Assembly: GCA_016748015.1 (NCBI GenBank)
Contig: JAAOMT010000386.1
Location: forward strand, 133,746 to 162,972
From: Geosiphon pyriformis uo1
Taxonomy: Eukaryota; Fungi; Glomeromycota
DNA length: 29,227 nucleotides
Direction: 5' to 3'
Of this stretch, positions 25,071 to 29,227 are shown one piece after another. The position numbers and the translations under genes were made by a program. Each line of letters begins with the position of its first letter. Within the stretch, counting starts at the first letter, position 1. Below the pieces are notes generated by a model, which had not been told where the DNA came from, made no database searches, and was given only the letters and a program-made list of their open reading frames with translations.

Positions 25071-26031
25071 TGTTACAGGTGATTATTTGGGGTCCCAAAG
25101 CAAATAACAAACCCATAACTTAGTGCTCAATAAATAACATTAGTAATGTCTAAAAGTGTTTCAATCTGAAAATTTTGATTAAAGTTCTTTGTATAATGGA
25201 CAGAAATTCTCATGTTATTTTATCCATAGCTTCCCAGAATTACAATTCTGTTAATTTTTTTTTTAGTGTTGTGGCCAGCAATTTTCTAGTAAGCAATCCG
25301 TAATTCTTACATGTTCTATCTATTTGCAGAGGTCTTTTACCAGGCAATTCTTGACATTAATACTTAGCACTTAATTCTCAATCAATTAGTATACACAACA
25401 AAAATAAAGACAAAAATAAAAGAGATAAAAAAAAATAAAAACAATAAGCTAAGACAATGTAAGTTAATATTTTGTCAATAGCTGTGATTAAAAGTTATTG
25501 TTCCTGTGTGTTTTAAGTATTAATTACTATCACCATTTAGAGTTGATAGTAAACAACTGAATTTAAAATGCTGAATAAGTATATTTATTAATATTTTGGA
25601 ATGTTATGGTTTCTAACTAGGAAATGATAACTAAGAAATTTCTGTCTCTCTCTTCTTCTTTTTTTGCTTCTAATGCTACTGCTATATATGTGTATTTTCT
25701 AATTTTATAGGATTGCTTTGGATTGTCTGTTCTTGTTAGCTATCACTTCATTTTTCTTACATTATAACTAATTATTTTATATTATAATATGTTATCTGAT
25801 ATTATTACATGTTATTCTATGTTATCTCACATTATAACATGTTATTCTATATTATAATGTGTTATCTTATGTTATAATGTGTTATCTTATGTTATAATGC
25901 GTTATCCTATATTATAACATATTATCTAACATTATTGTACACTATTCTGAGTTTCTTCACATTTCATCACGTTTTTCATTAGGTCATGTTTTTTCTTTTT
26001 TCTTTGATAAGCTTTCTTTTTTCAAGTAACA
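25071..26031 (-). repeat. 3' LTR of element E (961 bp)
   Basis: Perfect terminal inverted repeats TGTTAC (25071-25076) / GTAACA (26026-26031). Purine tract on - at 26032-26047. Homologous to the solo LTR at 10746-11524. Confidence 0.88.
25761..25950. repeat. 10-bp periodic tandem array (RTTATNNNRY, with 20-bp higher order) in the U3 part of the LTR
   Basis: About 19 consecutive in-register decamers such as attataacat, gttattctat, gttataatgt, gttatcttat. Confidence 0.85.
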
Positions 26032-26045
26032 TTATCTTTTTTTTT

Positions 26046-26814
26046 TTAATATTGAGCTTCTGCAAAGTCAGTTATGTCTGTTGATAGAACTTGTTCATGT
26101 AATGTTTGATGGTTATGTTGACTATGGCTTTTTGTAAATCTTCAAACTATTGATTGATCATTTATCCTATGTTGTTGACTGTTATCTTTTTTAAAGATCT
26201 ATCCAATAGTATGTTTGGACAATGTCAAAAAGCAACATATAATTGACATGCTGTCTTGTAGTGTAGTGTCAGATTGCTCCTTTCTATGAATTTTTCTACT
26301 TGTCGCATTGCTTTTTTGTTGAAAGTTTTCTGGTTGTAGTCTCTGTATAGGTTTTCTAAGTCTAGTTGTTCTCCGATTTTGTAAAACCAATATATTAGAG
26401 AGATTTTTTCTTTCCACTCCTGGACATTGTCTGGTGTTTACTCCCCTGTTTTGGAGAGTTTGGTTCTATGAGCTAAAGATTTTTTAATTTTTTCTAGCTT
26501 GAAAGCCAAATATGTTGTATATAATTGTTTTTGTCTTCTATCTAATTTTTGCACTTCTTTTTCTTCCTCACCTCTTTTTTCTCCACATTCCACCCAAGAA
26601 GTATATTTAATTTTTTTTTGTAAAATTTTTTTTCAGGTGAAATGTAAGGATGAGCATGATTAGTTCTAGTTGAACTTTCACCCATCTCTTTCTTTTCTTT
26701 ATCTCTATATCTTATCTCTTTTTTATCGATTATAATTTCTATTTGAGATATAGATTTTTGAATTTTGTTAAATAATTGTTTAGATAATTTTAAAATTTTG
26801 TCTGAAAGATCCAT
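26046..26814 (-). pseudogene. Extra ORF (ORF3) between integrase and the 3' LTR, ~245 aa, function unknown
   Basis: Starts MDLSDKILKLSK at 26814. After one frameshift near 26570 it reads DRRQKQLYTTYLAFKLEK...WFYKIGEQLDLENL...YKTACQLYVAF*HCP...ITVNNIG*MINQ*FEDLQKAI. The internal stops are all explicable as CAA/CGA/CAG C>T changes. Confidence 0.65.
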
Positions 26815-26894
26815 GTTTGAAATTTCTATCATTCTTTTCTTTATGGTCTTAAGGCTTATATGTATATAATATCTAGATTTCAGCACATGTATAA

Positions 26895-28782
26895 CTATGT
26901 CTTGATAATTATCATTTGTTCTATATCTTGTGGTATATTTTCTGGTCTGATTAATAGAATTTGTGTTCCTAGTTGTGGTTCCACTGATGTTGATCCTTGT
27001 GTTTAATAAATTTTTAAACAATTTCTATGTACTGTTTTTTTCAGAATTCTGTTTTCTAATTATAACTTATAAGATCTATTTTTTAAAATTTCATGTATGT
27101 AAAATAATCCATCTCATTTTGGATCAAACTTTCTATTCCACTGTTTTTCCACTTTGGTATGATGTAATAGTACTTTATCTCCAATCCTGAATTCGACTGG
27201 TTTATCTGGTAGTTGGTTATCATGCTTTTTTTTTTGTTTTTTTTGTGATTTTTGAATGTTATCAGCTGCTTTTTGCCATTTGTTTTTTAGCATTTCTATT
27301 ATATTATATGTTCTTTTTACCAATGTTTCTTGGATATTGTCTTCTGTTATTGGTTCTGTCAGATATGTATTGACTTCTATCTCAACTGATAATGTTGCTG
27401 TTCTACTGTATACTAATTCAAATAGTATTGCTTGTGTAGTATCTTGCTTCATTATTTAATAAGCAAATAATATTGATGGTATGAATAAATTTCATTTGTC
27501 CTGGTTTTCTTAGCTATTGCTTCACACAATATTCTATTGAATCTTTTGACTAATTTATTGATTTGTGAGTAATATGGTAATGATAATGGTCTCTTCATTC
27601 CAAATCTTTAACTCAGTTCTGTTAATGTTCTATTCACAAAGTGAGTTTCTTAGTCAGATAATAATTTTTTTGAACATACATGTCGACAAATCAGATCTTG
27701 ATAGATGAATTTGGTAACAGATTCTACATCCACTCTTTGAATTGCTTTTGCTTCTGGTCATTTAGTAAGATAATTCATGGCTACTGCGATATATCTGTTC
27801 TTTCTGCTAGTTATTATTAATAGTCCAACTAAATCAATTTCAATCTGCTCAAATAGTTGTCCTACTTTGATTGGTCTTAATGGCTCACTAAGTCTTGTTC
27901 CTCTTCTTCCCTGACAAGCATCACAATTTTGCATGTATTGGATAATATCTGAATATATGAATGGCCAATAGTATTTATTTCTGGTTCTTTCCATAGTTGC
28001 TTCTTTGTGAAAATGTTCTGCTGTTGAATCAGAGTGCATGTTGAATAATATTGTTTCTTTCTCTAATTCTGTAATTACTCTGGTTGGTTGATCTGGATTC
28101 TTTCTGTTTTTTCAATAAAGTATATTTTGGTAAGTGATAAAATATTTGGATTGTTGTTTAATATAGTTTTGTTCCTTTTGAGATAATTTCTTCTTGAATC
28201 GTTGGGTATTTATAAAATGTTAAAGTTGTTAATATTTTTGTTTATTCATCTTTTGTTATATTTTTGGGTTGAAGTGTTCTTAGATTTGTCTTATTTGTAA
28301 TAAACCATCAGCATTTCTGTTTTCTTTTCCTTTTTTGTAGTGTATAGTATATTTAAATAGTGAAAGTTCTATTTTCCATTGAGCATAATGATTATTTCCA
28401 AATTCTTGCTTCTGGATTAAAGTTAATTCTTTATAATCAGTGTATATGTTGAACTTCTGGCTTAAGTATTCTTTCTATTTTATGACTGCCCAATAGATTG
28501 CTAAGTGTTCTAATGTTGGTGTTCCATAGTTTTTTTTAGCTGGATTCAAACTTTGGCTGGTATATACTACTGGATGTTTTCTTCTATCTGGTCTTTTCTG
28601 CAATAGTATTGTTTCCAATGCTTGGCCTGATGCATTGATGATAATGATAAATGGTTTGCTGTGATCTGGATACATCAACATTAGAGCTTAAATAAGCTTT
28701 CTTCTTAATATATCAAAAGCTTTTTGCTGGTTTTTTGTCTATTGATACTTAATGTTTTTTGATTGAAGCTGGTGTAATGGTT
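26895..28782 (-). pseudogene. pol: Gypsy pol relic: RT C-terminus, RNase H, integrase (HHCC, DDE core, GPY/F-like tail)
   Basis: PLHQLQ..QQKAFDIL; YPDHSKPFII.NAS..SQSLNPAKKNY..LEHLAIYWAV; NADGL; HSDSTAEHF..CDACQ; IDLVG..AMNYLTK; FRIGDKVLL..KFDPK; VHRNCLKIY. No chromodomain seen. Confidence 0.93.
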
Positions 28783-29227
28783 AGGGATAGAGATAGGAAT
28801 AGGGATAGGGATAGGGATAGGGATAGGGATAGGGATAAGGATAGGGATATTTATAGGGATATTTATAGGGATAGGGATATTTATAGGGATAGGGATATTT
28901 ATAGGGATAGGGATAGGGTTAGGGTTAGGGATAGGGTTAGGGATAGGGTTAGGGTTAGGGTTAGGGTTAGGGTTAGGGTTAGGGTTAGGGTTAGGGTTAG
29001 GGTTAGGGTTAGGGTTAGGGTTAGGGTTAGGGTTAGGGTTAGGGTTAGGGTTAGGGTTAGGGTTAGGGATAGGGTTAGGGTTAGGGTTAGGGTTAGAGAT
29101 AGGGTTAGGGTTAGGGTTAGGGTTAGGGTTAGGGTTAGGGTTAGGGTTAGGGTTAGGGTTAGGGTTAGGGTTAGGGTTAGGGTTAGGGTTAGGGTTAGGG
29201 TTAGGGTTAGGGTTAGGGTTAGGGTAG
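28779..29227 (+). repeat. Telomere: (TTAGGG)n with a proximal block of ATAGGG/ATATTT variants
   Basis: G-rich strand runs 5'->3' to the end of the window. Variant hexamers dominate 28787-28918, a mixed zone runs to 28948, then mostly canonical repeats. Confidence 0.98.

Larger units (their letters stand above)
25071..28782 (-). mobile_element. Element E: Ty3/Gypsy LTR retrotransposon, 3' half only, truncated by the telomere
   Basis: Domain order RT-RNase H-integrase, then a polypurine tract and a 3' LTR. Confidence 0.93.

Noticed and set aside
25761-25950. CRISPR-like array
   Set aside because: Contiguous 10-bp units with no unique spacers, inside a eukaryotic LTR, and no cas genes.
24024-27459. 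Plus-strand ORFs 24024-24272, 24368-24625, 26963-27190 and 27256-27459, and minus ORF 26199-26417
   Set aside because: Antisense or off-frame readings of element D ORF1, Gypsy pol and ORF3.
851-29227. Telomere-maintaining retrotransposon array (HeT-A/TART, SART/TRAS or MoTeR-like), suggested by A, C, D and E all pointing 5' toward the telomere
   Set aside because: No element is inserted in or flanked by TTAGGG repeats. A and C have ordinary internal TSDs, B and the solo LTR point the other way, and the telomere post-dates E.

Overview
Eukaryotic chromosome end, almost certainly fungal. The element families resemble, from memory only, those of Glomeromycotina such as Geosiphon. The window ends in a (TTAGGG)n telomere, and about 90% of it is a nested stack of retroelements whose order can be reconstructed from target-site duplications (TSDs). 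(A) A full-length, lightly decayed APE-RT-RNase H LINE at 851-7677 (-). (B) A heavily decayed LINE of a related family at ~7950-22134 (+), interrupted by a solo LTR (10746-11524) and by (C), a third LINE at 15371-22035 (-) inserted into B's 3' UTR. (D) An ORF1-only element at 23576-25070 (-) with no ORF2 but the same structured 3' UTR as the LINEs (HAL1/HeT-A-like architecture). (E) A Ty3/Gypsy element at 25071-28782 (-) with an extra non-env ORF after integrase; it is inserted in D and cut inside RT by an apparently de novo telomere that starts with ATAGGG/ATATTT variant repeats. A, B and C lie in or between the arms of an inverted duplication of a coiled-coil gene plus ~750 bp of upstream DNA. 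The left copy is open (1-207, -); the right copy (~22996 onward, +) is destroyed. All repeats show strongly polarised C>T/G>A decay in CpG and non-CpG contexts, scaling with nesting age (RIP-like). Most entries in the ORF track are fragments of these pseudogenes or their antisense shadows. All alignments were done by eye; no database searches were run.
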